A stretch of DNA of 64,000 nt from an uncultured Planctomycetota bacterium (lineage in GTDB: Bacteria; Planctomycetota; Planctomycetia; Pirellulales; Lacipirellulaceae), in the NCBI GenBank assembly GCA_963719315.1, contig CAVRBU010000002.1, forward strand, positions 1,440,001 through 1,504,000. Reading direction: 5' to 3'. This document shows, one piece after another, positions 41,250 to 52,285 of the stretch. Within the stretch, counting starts at the first letter, position 1. Each line of letters opens with the position of its first letter. The notes beneath the pieces were generated by a model, which had not been told where the DNA came from, did not search any database, and was given only the letters and a program-made list of their open reading frames with translations. Position numbers and translations under genes: made by a program.

Positions 41250-41906
41250 TTATGCGGCTTTGGCGAGTTGCGCTGTGTCGGCAAACAGGCGGTCGAGCAC
41301 ACGATTGCATTTGCCCCAATCATACACCTGGCCGGGGATTGTGAGACCGGCTTCCACCGTCGTGGCTTGGCCTTCGGCAAGAACAGTGATGAGCAGGTCG
41401 CCTCTTAACGACCAGATATCCGACGGAATCGCGACCTGTAATGTACAGCTATTCGGCGACTGGGAAATGTCGAGAATCCGCTGACCATTTTGAGCCAGCG
41501 AACAAAGGATGGCGACCAGCACCGTGCCCGGCCGCTCGGCCAATCGTTCGCTCCGCCCCTTGCCGGTTTTCAAGCCGAGCTTTTCGCTGATCGGTTGCGC
41601 GATCTTGGCAATCAGCGTCAGCGGTATGCCACCGGTGATCGGTCCCATCACTTTGTCGCAGCATTCGAGAAAGTCTTCACCCGAGAATTTCTTTTTCGCA
41701 CGTGCGGCGTAATCGGCGATCCGCTTACGAATCTCAGGGATCGTGACGAGCGCCTGGCAGTCGAGAGACTCGGTCCAGTCGCCGATGGTTGCCGCGGCGC
41801 TCTCTTCGCGTAGAGCGACCGAATGCGAATCTTCTTGTTTCAGTGGTTGGCCGCAGGACCAGCAGAATTTCCCGTTCGCTTTGACACCGCATTCTGAGCA
41901 ATACAT
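41250..41906 (-). CDS. Zinc-ribbon domain protein
   Basis: MYCSECG...KFCWSCG N-terminus; GGAG RBS. Confidence 0.75.
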   Translation of the reverse strand: MYCSECGVKANGKFCWSCGQPLKQEDSHSVALREESAAATIGDWTESLDCQALVTIPEIRKRIADYAARAKKKFSGEDFLECCDKVMGPITGGIPLTLIAKIAQPISEKLGLKTGKGRSERLAERPGTVLVAILCSLAQNGQRILDISQSPNSCTLQVAIPSDIWSLRGDLLITVLAEGQATTVEAGLTIPGQVYDWGKCNRVLDRLFADTAQLAKAA

Positions 41907-42156
41907 GGCACACTCCGTTGTTGGCAGGGGACTCTAAGTGAATCGGCCAGTAGGAGATCAGGAGTGTGGAAAAGAAATCGAAGCAGTTGAGTGGCAGCGG
42001 TGCTGGCAGCGATTGTGGGAGGCGTCTCCGATGCCGATGAAGTGTTGCGAATGGAACGCGGCATCGGCCTCAGAGAGGCTTCCCTCTGGTTAATTGTCAG
42101 GAGAGGCGCCCGTCGGTGCCGAGGGGATCGCGACCAACGGTCGCAGCATGATGGGA

Positions 42157-42951
42157 CTATTCGTAACCGTGCTCCTTTGCTGGAAAGCTGCCATCGCGGA
42201 CTTCGTCGCGGAATTGGGTGACGGCCCGCGTGATATCGGTCTTGAGATCGGCATAGGCCTTAACGAACCGTGGCAGGTAGCCGCTCGTGATGCCCAGCAG
42301 ATCGTGCAGCACGAGCACCTGGCCGTCGCAATCGGCACCGGCGCCGATGCCGACTGTGGGGATCGAAATTTTGTCGGTGATTTTTTTCGCCAGTTCTCGG
42401 GGGATGCATTCCAGGACGATCGCGAATGCGCCGGCGGCTTCGGCGGCCTTGGCGTCGGCCATGAGTTCTTTTTCATCGCGCTGCACTTTGTAGCCGCCGA
42501 GAGTGTGGACGCTTTGGGGTCTCAGGCCGCAATGGGCCATGACGGGGATGCCGGCGCGGACCAGCGCCGCGATCGTTTCGGCCTGCTCGACGCCACCCTC
42601 CAACTTCACGGCCTGGCACCGAGTTTCCTTTAGGATGCGGCCAGCGTTTTCGATTGCCCGGTGTGTGCCCAGGTGGAAACTCGGAAACGGCATATCGACG
42701 ACCACGAGTGCGTGCTCGACAGCCCGGCCGACCATCTCGGCGTGGTAGATCATTTCATCGAGCGTGACGGGGAGCGTGCTGTCGTGGCCCTGGACGACCA
42801 TCGACATGCTGTCGCCGACCAGGATGCCCTCGACGCCGGCAGCGTCCACGAGCCGCGCGAGGGCGTAGTCGTAGGCCGTGACCATGGCGATCTTGTGGTG
42901 GGCCGCTTTGAAACCGGAGAATTCCGGGACGGTGATTCGCTGTGGTCGCAT
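42157..42951 (-). CDS. panB: 3-methyl-2-oxobutanoate hydroxymethyltransferase
   Basis: MVTAYDY, ILVGDS, VVDMPF, AVKLEGG and GIGAGADCDGQVLV motifs. Confidence 0.97.
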   Translation of the reverse strand: MRPQRITVPEFSGFKAAHHKIAMVTAYDYALARLVDAAGVEGILVGDSMSMVVQGHDSTLPVTLDEMIYHAEMVGRAVEHALVVVDMPFPSFHLGTHRAIENAGRILKETRCQAVKLEGGVEQAETIAALVRAGIPVMAHCGLRPQSVHTLGGYKVQRDEKELMADAKAAEAAGAFAIVLECIPRELAKKITDKISIPTVGIGAGADCDGQVLVLHDLLGITSGYLPRFVKAYADLKTDITRAVTQFRDEVRDGSFPAKEHGYE

Positions 42952-43244
42952 AACACGCTACAGAAGGCAAGAAATGACCGGGATTTAGAGCTACGATTGC
43001 ATTGTGACCGCCGAGGGGGACAGTGGCAACTCTGGCGGGGCTGGAGCTTGACTTACGCGGCGGGCGCGATAGACTGAGGGCCACTTCTCTAGGTCCGCGC
43101 TGCGATTTTGCAGGCCGTCTAATGGCGTAGCAATTCTGGGTTGATATTCGTCGCTGAGACGAATGCGTGGTTGGCAGGTGTTGTTTTGGCCAACCGTTTC
43201 TTACCCGTTCCTTCTGCATTGTTGTTGAAGAAGAGAGGATTTGT

Positions 43245-43979
43245 ATGAGATTTCGACTTCCATTGTGCGCGTGTTCCGTTTTGGCTTTGTGGTTTGTTCT
43301 GCTCGCCGCCAAGTTGCAAGCGACCCCGTTGTCGGACTTGTTTCAAGGCGGCACGATCACTGCCGACGACAAGCTCTTTAGCGGTTTCACATTGATCGGC
43401 AACCAACCGGTCAATGGCGGAATTGCAGACCCCACGATGATTGACGTTACTCCGCTTGTAGATGACCCGCTCGATCCAGGAATCAAGTTCACCGCGCCGG
43501 TCGGGGCGCTGGGCACGCCGTTCGGCCACACGGGCGGCTCGTCGATTCTGTTCGTGTTTTCGTTTGATGCGTCCACTACCAACCAGCAGCCGCTAATCAA
43601 GGACAATTCGCTTCGCCTAAACAGTTGGACTTTCGATGCTGGTCCATTAGCCTCGATCCAAGTCTCGGAGAATGTTTTTGATGCGGCGGGCAACCAGATC
43701 GGCGCCAAAAATACCGTGGCGAAGCCGGGAGAGCAGCCCGGCAGCAGCCCGTTGCACTTCGACACAGCTGAATTCACACCGCGGGCAATCGTCCATGTCG
43801 TGAAGACCGTCTTGATTCAAGGCCCGGGGGACAATGACGGCGCTTTCCTGACGATGTTCGAGCAGCGATTCTCGCAGGTGCCGGAGCCGCACGGCCTGAT
43901 CCTATTCGCCATGTTTGTGGTGTTTTTTGGACTGACGCGCACCCATCGAAGAAAGACCGAATCCAGTGAATGGTGCTAA
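43245..43979 (+). CDS. PEP-CTERM sorted surface protein
   Basis: Signal peptide; C-terminal VPEPHGLILFAMFVVFFGL plus RRK tail. Confidence 0.8.
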   Translation: MRFRLPLCACSVLALWFVLLAAKLQATPLSDLFQGGTITADDKLFSGFTLIGNQPVNGGIADPTMIDVTPLVDDPLDPGIKFTAPVGALGTPFGHTGGSSILFVFSFDASTTNQQPLIKDNSLRLNSWTFDAGPLASIQVSENVFDAAGNQIGAKNTVAKPGEQPGSSPLHFDTAEFTPRAIVHVVKTVLIQGPGDNDGAFLTMFEQRFSQVPEPHGLILFAMFVVFFGLTRTHRRKTESSEWC

Positions 43980-45162
43980 TTCGTCGAAAGCACGATATTC
44001 TGTGGCCAATCCGATTCGCTGGCCGATTGCGATGACCTTCGCGTTAAGTGGGCTGTGGGGCGCGGCCCCGTGCCAATCGACAATTGCGGAGATTACCAAA
44101 ACAACGGTATATGAGGCGGGCCAGGACGGCTATCACACGTACCGCATCCCGGCCATTGTGCGCGCTAAAAACGGCGACTTGCTGGCGTTCGCCGAAGGTC
44201 GCAAAAACAGTTCGGCCGATCACGGCGATATCGATATCGTCCTGAAGCGGAGCAGCGACAACGGGCAAACCTGGGGGCCGATGCAGTTGGTACAGGATGA
44301 ATGGGCCGATCCGACGGCGACGGTCTGGATCGGCAATCCGACGCCGCTGGTCGATTTGTTGGACCCGCAGCACCCCGGCCGCATTTGGCTGGCGTTCACG
44401 CGCAGCAATCAGCGACTGTTCGTCACCTCCAGCGACGACAACGGCAATACCTGGGCCAAGCGGCGCGAGATAACGCCCGAAGCCGGCAACAAAAAATGGG
44501 ACTGGTACGCGGCCGGACCAGTGCACGGCATCCAGCTTATGCGTGGGGCTCATGCCGGCCGTCTTGTCATTCCGTGCGACCATCGGATCGGTGACTCCAA
44601 AAAAGGTAGCTGGGGTTCGTATCTCGTTTATAGTGACGATCATGGCGCCACTTGGAAACTCGGCGCATCCGATACGCACACGCACTCCGACGCGGTGCAT
44701 CCGAACGAGTGTGTCGCGGTCGAGCTTGTGGATGGGCGCGTGTATGTGAATGCCCGCCAGCATCAAGGCTCATCCAAGGCAACGCGGGTTGTCGCTTACA
44801 GTAGCGACGGCGGCGCCACATTTGATGCGCCGTTCGCCGCGGAACCGAAAATCTCTTCGCCCGTCGTACAGAATTCGTTGATTCGGTTTTCTGCGACCGA
44901 CCAGGGGGACGCCCGAAACTTGCTCATCTACTGCGGTCCCGGCGATCCGAAAGCACGGCGCGATCTAACGATTCTCACCAGCGAAGACGAAGGCAAAACC
45001 TGGCAGCGGCAATTGGAACTCCAGCATGGTCCGGCAGCGTATTGTGATCTGGTAAAGCTCGATGACCAGCACGTTGGTGTGTTGTATGAAGCGGGAAAGA
45101 AGCTCTACAACGAGATCCTGTTTGGCACGTTTGGCTTGGATGACTTGACGCCTTTGAAGTAG
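43966..45162 (+). CDS. Sialidase/neuraminidase (GH33-like)
   Basis: YRIP motif and five Asp-boxes (SSDNGQTW, SDDNGNTW, SDDHGATW, SSDGGATF, SEDEGKTW). Confidence 0.9.
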   Translation: MNGANSSKARYSVANPIRWPIAMTFALSGLWGAAPCQSTIAEITKTTVYEAGQDGYHTYRIPAIVRAKNGDLLAFAEGRKNSSADHGDIDIVLKRSSDNGQTWGPMQLVQDEWADPTATVWIGNPTPLVDLLDPQHPGRIWLAFTRSNQRLFVTSSDDNGNTWAKRREITPEAGNKKWDWYAAGPVHGIQLMRGAHAGRLVIPCDHRIGDSKKGSWGSYLVYSDDHGATWKLGASDTHTHSDAVHPNECVAVELVDGRVYVNARQHQGSSKATRVVAYSSDGGATFDAPFAAEPKISSPVVQNSLIRFSATDQGDARNLLIYCGPGDPKARRDLTILTSEDEGKTWQRQLELQHGPAAYCDLVKLDDQHVGVLYEAGKKLYNEILFGTFGLDDLTPLK

Positions 45163-45213
45163 TCTTCTCACTCTGCGTCAAGCCGGAATCCTTGCGAATT
45201 CCGCTACGGGAGA

Positions 45214-46230
45214 TCACTGCAGCATTTGCTCGATGGCGGCGGCCAGCCGATAGCCGGCTTCCACGGCGCGGCGCTCCGCTATTTCTTCGGCGTCCAGTTT
45301 GTATGCGGGCGATAGATCGAGCGGTCCGAGGTGGGAGTGGCCCTCCCGGTCTGCCACTTTCTTTAGTACGTCCTTCGTGTACGCGTGCTGCTTGGCAAGC
45401 TCTGAACTTTCGTCGATCCACTTGCCGGGGTCGAGCGTGGCGGCAGCCTGTTTGCCGGCGGCCTGAAGCTTGCGGTTCTGATCGAGGTCGGTCGCCGCAA
45501 TGCGCAGCGTTTCAAACGGCTCGTCGTTCGATATTTGCTCGTCCCAGAATGCGTGCAGGGCCCAGTTGTGTTCGTACGGGACATAGTTTCCACCGTGGTC
45601 GCCACGACGAAAGCGGTGTGTCGTAAACAAGGCAACCGCGTGCAGCGGCTGGTGGGCGTCGCCGGCCAGGTGCATCACCCAGCAGAGGTGGACCGACCGC
45701 TTTTCCTTGGGCTCGCTAGGATCGCGGACGATGTGGGCCGAGTTCTTAAGCGATTGGATGATATTCATGTTCGTGTCGTCGGAGTCTTGCGGCGGGTCGC
45801 GGCGTCGATTGACGCGAACCTCGCCCTGCAACTGCCGCTGCTCGTCTGCATTCAGGAATATCGGCTCGTTGATGAAATGCCAGTACGGCCGATTGTATTG
45901 GCTCACGTCCTGGTGATTCACGCCTCCCTTGGAGTCGCGCACCTGATCGGGCCAGGTAGCGGCGTGAGCGAAGATCCACTGGTCCTGGTCGCGGTCGTCG
46001 CCCCGTTGGATCTCGCGCGGCATCGCACTTTCGAAGTGCTCCTGAAACCGCGGATGGTTGCGAAGGAGTTCAACCGCCTTGGTACGCGTTGCCGGCTCCA
46101 ATTGATCGTATGCGATGAGCGCCACGATCATGTGGCCGGGCGAGTTCCAGGCCAACGCCGCCGTCGGCAAAACGTACAAACCACACAGGAAGCTGGCAAA
46201 CACAAATCGCGATGGGCGGCGCATAGACAA
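45214..46230 (-). CDS. S1/P1 nuclease
   Basis: Signal peptide then WNSPGH, AATWPD, WHFIN, HLAGDAHQPLH, GDHGGN and LHAFWD motifs. Confidence 0.92.
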   Translation of the reverse strand: MSMRRPSRFVFASFLCGLYVLPTAALAWNSPGHMIVALIAYDQLEPATRTKAVELLRNHPRFQEHFESAMPREIQRGDDRDQDQWIFAHAATWPDQVRDSKGGVNHQDVSQYNRPYWHFINEPIFLNADEQRQLQGEVRVNRRRDPPQDSDDTNMNIIQSLKNSAHIVRDPSEPKEKRSVHLCWVMHLAGDAHQPLHAVALFTTHRFRRGDHGGNYVPYEHNWALHAFWDEQISNDEPFETLRIAATDLDQNRKLQAAGKQAAATLDPGKWIDESSELAKQHAYTKDVLKKVADREGHSHLGPLDLSPAYKLDAEEIAERRAVEAGYRLAAAIEQMLQ

Positions 46231-46562
46231 ACCATATGTTGGTCGGGCAGGAATGATGAGTCAGAGCGAATCATAGTCAGTCGTTTTGGTCCATTCTCTG
46301 GTCCTGCTAAATCAGCTTTCGCCGTTGTGATCCAAGGTATTCGCACGGATCGATTCGATCCCCGCTCCGATGGTCACGTCGAATTATCATGACGCGACTT
46401 AAGCGCCTACTCGATATCGTGCAAGACCACGCGGCCGACCTTTTGTCGGCCCGTCAATTTCGGTGGAAGCGCAAAACCGCACCGTTTTCCGCTCCGGGAA
46501 AAGCCACACAGCCGAACGTCGGCTGGTAATCTAAATCTCGATTCGGCATAGGGTTAAAACAA

Positions 46563-46606
<44 letters not shown>

Positions 46607-46945
46607 GCACCAAATAATGCGTTGCTTTCCTGAGTTCTTTGACGTTTCCCTCGGTGAATAGTTGCAATTGTACGCCATCATCCTACCGTTGCAAGTCATC
46701 GCAGTTGATTGCAATTTCATTCGGCAAATGGCAGTATTCATATCGGGCGCACGGCGCAAAACGGTAGTTACCGTTTTGGCACCAAGCTCGGTAGCGATGC
46801 CCTGTGTGCTCGCATAGGACGCGCCAGGAAGTGAGCCGACGCGTGGACGCCCCGGATTGGTTCGATACCTATCAAACGTGGATGGCATACGTGCCGGACG
46901 AGTTGCGGCAGGTTTGGCCATCGCTTTCGCGTGAAACGAGGCTGG

Positions 46946-47524
46946 CTATTGTCGTTTTTTGCGACGAGCTGGTTTCGCGGGAGAACTTCGAGTAGCCTTT
47001 CCAATATTCTTGTCGCGATTGTCCAGTCGCGCGGTCATCCACTTGTCCATTCGCATGCCGATTACAACTCCCGACATCAGATAGCGCTCTCGCATCGTCA
47101 ACGGGCCTTCTGACGAGGTGCATTCGTTGGCTGCCTTCAATTCGACGCACATGCTTTTCACAGGGTCTTTATCGAAAGACTTATGGCCCGACGTGTGCGC
47201 AAACTTGTTTCGGATTTTGGCCATTATTCCCATATCCCGAAGACCGTTCGCGCTAATAGCCCCGAGGCAATACGCCAACTTTATTTGATACGAGAACGTG
47301 AGTACGCCCAGTGTATCGTCATCGCCAGTAATTTCCTTGGCAATACGGGCCTGCTCAATCTCCAATCCCATCGCGCAGTAAAGCGCCATACGCACACGCT
47401 CTTCGACTGCCGCCTGTGCCACAATCGCCGCGGCCCTTTCGGAATCGCCCGTAAATTCCTTTGTGAAGCTAGCTAAATCATCCGGCGAACCAGCGCCCAG
47501 TTTGACTTGTCTTCGCTTATCCAT
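46946..47524 (-). CDS. MtlR/mannitol-repressor-like protein with RxxxxH (HEPN-like) motif
   Basis: SERAAAIVAQAAVEE...TFSYQIKLAYCLGAIS...IRNKFAH. Confidence 0.7.
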   Translation of the reverse strand: MDKRRQVKLGAGSPDDLASFTKEFTGDSERAAAIVAQAAVEERVRMALYCAMGLEIEQARIAKEITGDDDTLGVLTFSYQIKLAYCLGAISANGLRDMGIMAKIRNKFAHTSGHKSFDKDPVKSMCVELKAANECTSSEGPLTMRERYLMSGVVIGMRMDKWMTARLDNRDKNIGKATRSSPAKPARRKKRQ

Positions 47525-48085
47525 CGGAAGGTTGTCCCGTAGTTTGGCACTGCAACGGTCTTATAAGTCGCCTGGCTGCTGCCACGGCCTTGCACTTCGC
47601 TAATTACAATTTCTGCTGGCGGCCACCCGCGCGATGTGTCGATCGCGTTCATTCAACAATAAGCCGACGTTCAAAGTCGTTTGGTCTTAACGGCCCCTTT
47701 TAAGTGTGGGGTTTTGTGGGTATTCAATCCCCCAAGATCGCATAGGCTCATCGGCCTGGCATGTTGATCGCTTTTGCGTGCCGATCGGGAAAGCAGTCCG
47801 AGCGCAAATTTGCGCCGGACTCAATTCAGGCCGTCGAATGCGTGCGATTGTCGATTGAGCGGGATTGGCGATTCCATCGGAACGCCAGAATTCACTCCCG
47901 GTCAATTTTGACGCACAAGGAATTCCCGCTGAGGGAACAGCAAAAGGCGTCGACAACTCGAATAGTCGACTAGATCCAAAACGGGACAAGTAAGAACTGC
48001 CTCGGCTCGAGCTCAGCAAAAGGGGCCAGGAGTAGCACGACGGCTGACCAAGTCAGTCAGTCGGCAACGATTGCGCCATTGGTCC

Positions 48086-48160
48086 GTCCCTTTCGCCTCG
48101 CTTTCGCGTCGGCCTTCGCCCTGCGCCTGGAGGCTGATGCGAAAGCGAGGCGAAAGGGAC
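48086..48160 (+). other. Long hairpin (31-33 bp stem)
   Basis: Arms 48086-48116 and 48130-48160 pair fully with three G-U wobbles on the plus strand. Confidence 0.75.
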
Positions 48161-48380
48161 TCACGAAAAGGCGAAATTATGTAGTACCACACTTGTCCCA
48201 CACACGGCTTCATAGTCGACCGATTTTGGCACGGGGCGTTGGCAGCCTTCGCGCTTGTGCGATCGGGCCACCCCCGTCCCGCTTTATTGCGCGATCGTGC
48301 TTTCGGCCGCGATATCGGTCATCTTAGTCGGCTTGACCCCCTCATCGGGCAGGTTGAAAGGGTCAAGTCACACACGACCC

Positions 48381-49814
48381 TTAGTTCTCTGAAAAGGCGT
48401 AAAGATGTTCGGCAGTGCGTACATACAGCGTGTTATCTGCAATCGCAGGCGTCGCAGCCAGCCGTTCGCCGAGCGGCGGATTCTTGGCCACGACTTCCGG
48501 CGAGTTCGCCCCAGCCTTTAACACGGTGATCGTGCCATCCATCAAGGATGAGAAATAGATGTGTCCATTGGCAGCCACGGGAGACGCGTAGTATTTTCCG
48601 GGGGCAACCGCCCGTTTCTGGTACAACTCATCGCCGGACGTTGTGTCGTAGGCAGTGACAATCCCGCCGTCCTTCACCATCAAGAACTGACCACCATACA
48701 CGATTGCGGATGGGACATAGGGAAGGCCTCCCGTTTTTTGCCACCGGATGTGTGTCGCCGTCACGTCTCCGGCGCCGCCGGGCTTGAGCGCAAAGGCACG
48801 ATTTTTTGATGCGGCCAACAAGGCCAGCGCGCTTTCCCATTCAGCGCTTGTGATTTTGCCGTCCTTATTTGCATCAATCGTATCAAAGAATGCCTTAAAC
48901 GCACTCGATGGCAATTCCGTCTTGGACACGGCGCCGTCGCCGTCGGAATCCCCGATGAGCAACAAGCCGAAGGGGGGCAATTTGAAGCCCTTGTCGTCCG
49001 GAGCGCCCGGCGACCAGGCGGCAAAGTACAGGTCGCCGTCGGAGGTCATCGGCGACGCGCAAGTCGCCGTCGGCATACCTTCGACGAACCACTTTTCGTC
49101 GCCGCTCTGAAGGTCGTAGCCAATTAGCTTGTAATGCCCCGCCGCCGCAATCTGCTTTCCAGCGGCCGTGTCCCACACCACCGGCGTACTAAAGCCGCCC
49201 CTCGACGCGCGCTTCTTTTCCCATTTCAAGTCACCGGTAGTTGAATCGATCGCAATAATCCTCGGGTCGATCCCTTCGTCCCGCAGCAGGACGACAGTAT
49301 TCTCGGCAATGATGGGTGACACGCCGGAACCGTAATTTCCCAAGGTCGACGCCGGCGGCATCTCGATCTTCCAGAGCTCCTTCCCCGCGAGATCGTAGCA
49401 GAACAATCCACACGATCCAAAATAGGAAACAATTCGCTCACCGTCCGTCGCTGGAGTCGAAGCGGCAGGGCTGCCTTCCGTTTCGTGATGGGCCTCAAGC
49501 TTAAGCGCCGGCGCTTTCGCGCGCCAAACCTCGCTGCCGTCCGCGCGGTTGTAGGCAATCGTGTACAGCTCTCCGTTATCAAGCGCCGTAAGTACGAGTT
49601 TGTCGCCGGCGATGATCGGGGATGAAAGTCCGCCAGGCACGGAAACCTTCCACTTCACATTCTTGTCTGGACCGATGTCTATGGGTGGCTTCTCGTCCGT
49701 CGCGATGCCCGACCCATTCGGGCCGCGAAACCGTGACCACGCGAGCGAGTTCTCGGCGCCTTGCACCGAGACGCCGATCACCAACGCCAATAGCAGTGCG
49801 GTGAGTTTGCTCAT
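48381..49814 (-). CDS. PQQ-like beta-propeller (BamB-type repeat) protein with EF-hand insert
   Basis: WSRFRGPNGSG, SSPII, ASTPATDG, DSDGDGAVSKTE / DANKDGKITSAE, YASPV and ATPAI motifs. Confidence 0.85.
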   Translation of the reverse strand: MSKLTALLLALVIGVSVQGAENSLAWSRFRGPNGSGIATDEKPPIDIGPDKNVKWKVSVPGGLSSPIIAGDKLVLTALDNGELYTIAYNRADGSEVWRAKAPALKLEAHHETEGSPAASTPATDGERIVSYFGSCGLFCYDLAGKELWKIEMPPASTLGNYGSGVSPIIAENTVVLLRDEGIDPRIIAIDSTTGDLKWEKKRASRGGFSTPVVWDTAAGKQIAAAGHYKLIGYDLQSGDEKWFVEGMPTATCASPMTSDGDLYFAAWSPGAPDDKGFKLPPFGLLLIGDSDGDGAVSKTELPSSAFKAFFDTIDANKDGKITSAEWESALALLAASKNRAFALKPGGAGDVTATHIRWQKTGGLPYVPSAIVYGGQFLMVKDGGIVTAYDTTSGDELYQKRAVAPGKYYASPVAANGHIYFSSLMDGTITVLKAGANSPEVVAKNPPLGERLAATPAIADNTLYVRTAEHLYAFSEN

Positions 49815-49966
49815 GCCAGGGGCCTCGAATCTGGTTATGCTAGTGAAATCCACACCTTTAACGTATCGAGTTCGCGGAGAAAGCGGTAGAGGCCGCTGAC
49901 CGGTACAGTGCCCATAATCTGCGTTGCGCCGAAGACGGCCAATTGTACAAGCCAGAGAATTGCCAC

Positions 49967-51135
49967 ATGACAAACCACGGTGACTACCAGCTCGACATCT
50001 ACTTACGCGGATTGGCCGGTGTACGCGAGAGCCTGCCAGTCACGTTCGCCGAGCTCGAGCGTCGAGCCCATGCGGTCATGTCTGAAGAGATGGTCTCCTA
50101 CGTAGCTGGCGGGGCCGGGAACGAGCACACCCACGACGCCAACGTCCGCGTTTTCGATCGCTGGGGCCTCGTGCCACGAATGCTTGTCGGCGCAGCTAAG
50201 CGAGATCTGTCGGTGAACCTGTTCGGCCATAAACTTGCGACACCACTCCTGATGGCGCCGATCGGCGTGATCGGCATGTGCTCTCGCGACGGGCACGGCG
50301 ACGTTGCCACGGCGAAGGCCGCCGCCGCCACGGGTGTGCCCATGATTGCTTCCACGCTAACCGTTGATCCGTTGGAGGACGTCGCCAAAGAATTCGGCAA
50401 CACGCCCGGCTTCTTCCAGCTTTGCACGCCGAACGACCGCGACTTGGCGGAGAGCTTTGTCCACCGCGCCGAAGTCGCTGGCTTTGCCGGAATTGTCGTG
50501 ACGCTCGACACCCCGACACTAGGCTGGCGCCCGCGCGACCTGCGGCTTGGCTACTTCCCCCAGATGCAAGGCCATTGTCTGGCCAACTACACGTCCGATC
50601 CGCTATTCCGAGCGAAGCTCGGCAAGCCGCCGGAGGAGGATATGCGAGCGGCTGCCCGCAAGTGGGTTGAGACATTTGCGAACCCGACGCTTAGTTGGGA
50701 CGACCTGCCTTGGCTGCGGTCGCTGACCAAACTCCCGCTGCTGCTCAAAGGGATCTGCCACCCTGACGATGGCGCCGAGCGATCGATGGCGGCGTCGACG
50801 GCATCTACTGTTCCAACCACGGTGGTCGCCAAGCCAACGGCGGAGTCGCGACGCTCGACATGCTGCCGCGCGTGGTGGAAGCTTGCGGGAACACTCCGGT
50901 ACTGTTCGACTCCGGCGTGCGTTCGGGCGAGCATGTAATCAAGGCACTCGCCCTAGGAGCCACGGCCGTCGGGATCGGCCGCCCCTACGCCTACGGCCTG
51001 GCGCTCGCCGGCGTCGACGGGATCGTGCATGTACTGCGCTGTCTGCTTGCCGAAGCGGACCTACTGATGGCGGTCGACGGCTACCCAACTCTCGCCGACT
51101 TAACACCGGATGCGCTCGTCCCCTGCCCGAGTTGA
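49967..51135 (+). CDS. FMN-dependent alpha-hydroxy acid oxidase, lactate 2-monooxygenase-like; apparent frameshift near 50772
   Basis: [31 protein letters not shown]; shifted frame gives SNHGGRQ and FDSGVRSG. Confidence 0.88.
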
Positions 51136-51222
51136 ACACTTCGCAGCGACCGCTGGTTGCGATTTTCCCAGTTCTGGGTCAAAATGGCGGCGACACCCAC
51201 AAGAATCCTCTCGGAGATCGCG

Positions 51223-52230
51223 ATGCGAAATGTTACCGCAATCATATTGATTCAGTTCTGCCTCGTCGCAACGGCTGCCCGCCTTACAGCCGCCGAACCC
51301 AAAGCCGTTGCGTTCACGGATCCAGAACGTGCCGGGATCGACTACAAGCTACAAGGCGAGTACGTCGGCGAGCTCGATTCCAATGAAGGAAATCGGAAGA
51401 TCGGCATTCAAGTCGTCGCGTTGGGGGACGGGAAGTTTCGCGCCGTTGGCTATGTCGGCGGACTGCCAGGCGACGGTTGGTCGCGTGGGGACGAGAAACA
51501 CAGTGGCGACGGAGAGCTCAAGAACGGCCAAGTTCAGTTCCATCCCGACGATCCCAACGCATCGGAAAGTGCCACCGCGATCCTCAAGGACGGCAAGATC
51601 GCCATCTTGGATGATCAGAGAACGATCGCCGAGTTGAAGAAGGTCGAGCGAAAGAGCCCAACCTTGGGCGCTCGGCCGCCGAAGGGCGCGATCGTCTTGT
51701 TCGATGGCAGCAATACCGAGGCGTGGGAGAACGGCAAGCTCGTCGAGAAGAATCTACTTGGCTCTACAGGTGCATTATCGAAGCAGAAGTTTGGCGACGA
51801 ATTGCTGCACGCCGAGTTCCGCACGCCGTTCATGCCAACCGCGCGCGGCCAGGGCCGGGGCAACAGCGGTGTTTACGTCCAGGGCCGCTACGAATGTCAG
51901 GTGCTCGATTCGTTTGGCCTCGAAGGCGAGGACAACGAATGCGGGGGAATTTATTCGATCGCGAAACCGGCGGTCAACATGTGCTTCCCGCCGCTCTCGT
52001 GGCAAACGTACGACATCGACTTCACTGCCGCTCGATATGACGAGAAGGGCAACAAGACCAAAAACGCGCGCGTGACGATCAAGCACAACGGCGTGGTCAT
52101 CCATAAAGACCTCGAGCTTCCTCACGGAACGCCGGGCCACGACGCTGAAGGTCCTGAACCCGATGCAGTCTTCCTGCAGGATCATGGCAACCCCGTCGCG
52201 TTCCGCAACATTTGGGTTGTCGAGAAGTGA
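51223..52230 (+). CDS. DUF1080 (3-keto-disaccharide hydrolase-like) protein
   Basis: IVLFDG, LHAEFRTP, GNSGVY, WQTYDI and LQDHGNPVAFRNIW motifs. Confidence 0.88.
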   Translation: MRNVTAIILIQFCLVATAARLTAAEPKAVAFTDPERAGIDYKLQGEYVGELDSNEGNRKIGIQVVALGDGKFRAVGYVGGLPGDGWSRGDEKHSGDGELKNGQVQFHPDDPNASESATAILKDGKIAILDDQRTIAELKKVERKSPTLGARPPKGAIVLFDGSNTEAWENGKLVEKNLLGSTGALSKQKFGDELLHAEFRTPFMPTARGQGRGNSGVYVQGRYECQVLDSFGLEGEDNECGGIYSIAKPAVNMCFPPLSWQTYDIDFTAARYDEKGNKTKNARVTIKHNGVVIHKDLELPHGTPGHDAEGPEPDAVFLQDHGNPVAFRNIWVVEK

Positions 52231-52285
52231 TGCGTGTCTTCGGTGTCGCCTGCCAATTTCAGGGGTCGCCATCAAATCACAGCGA

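Noticed and set aside
51132..51166. Further copy of the junction element after the lactate monooxygenase gene
   Set aside because: Alignment too degenerate to distinguish from chance without a profile search.
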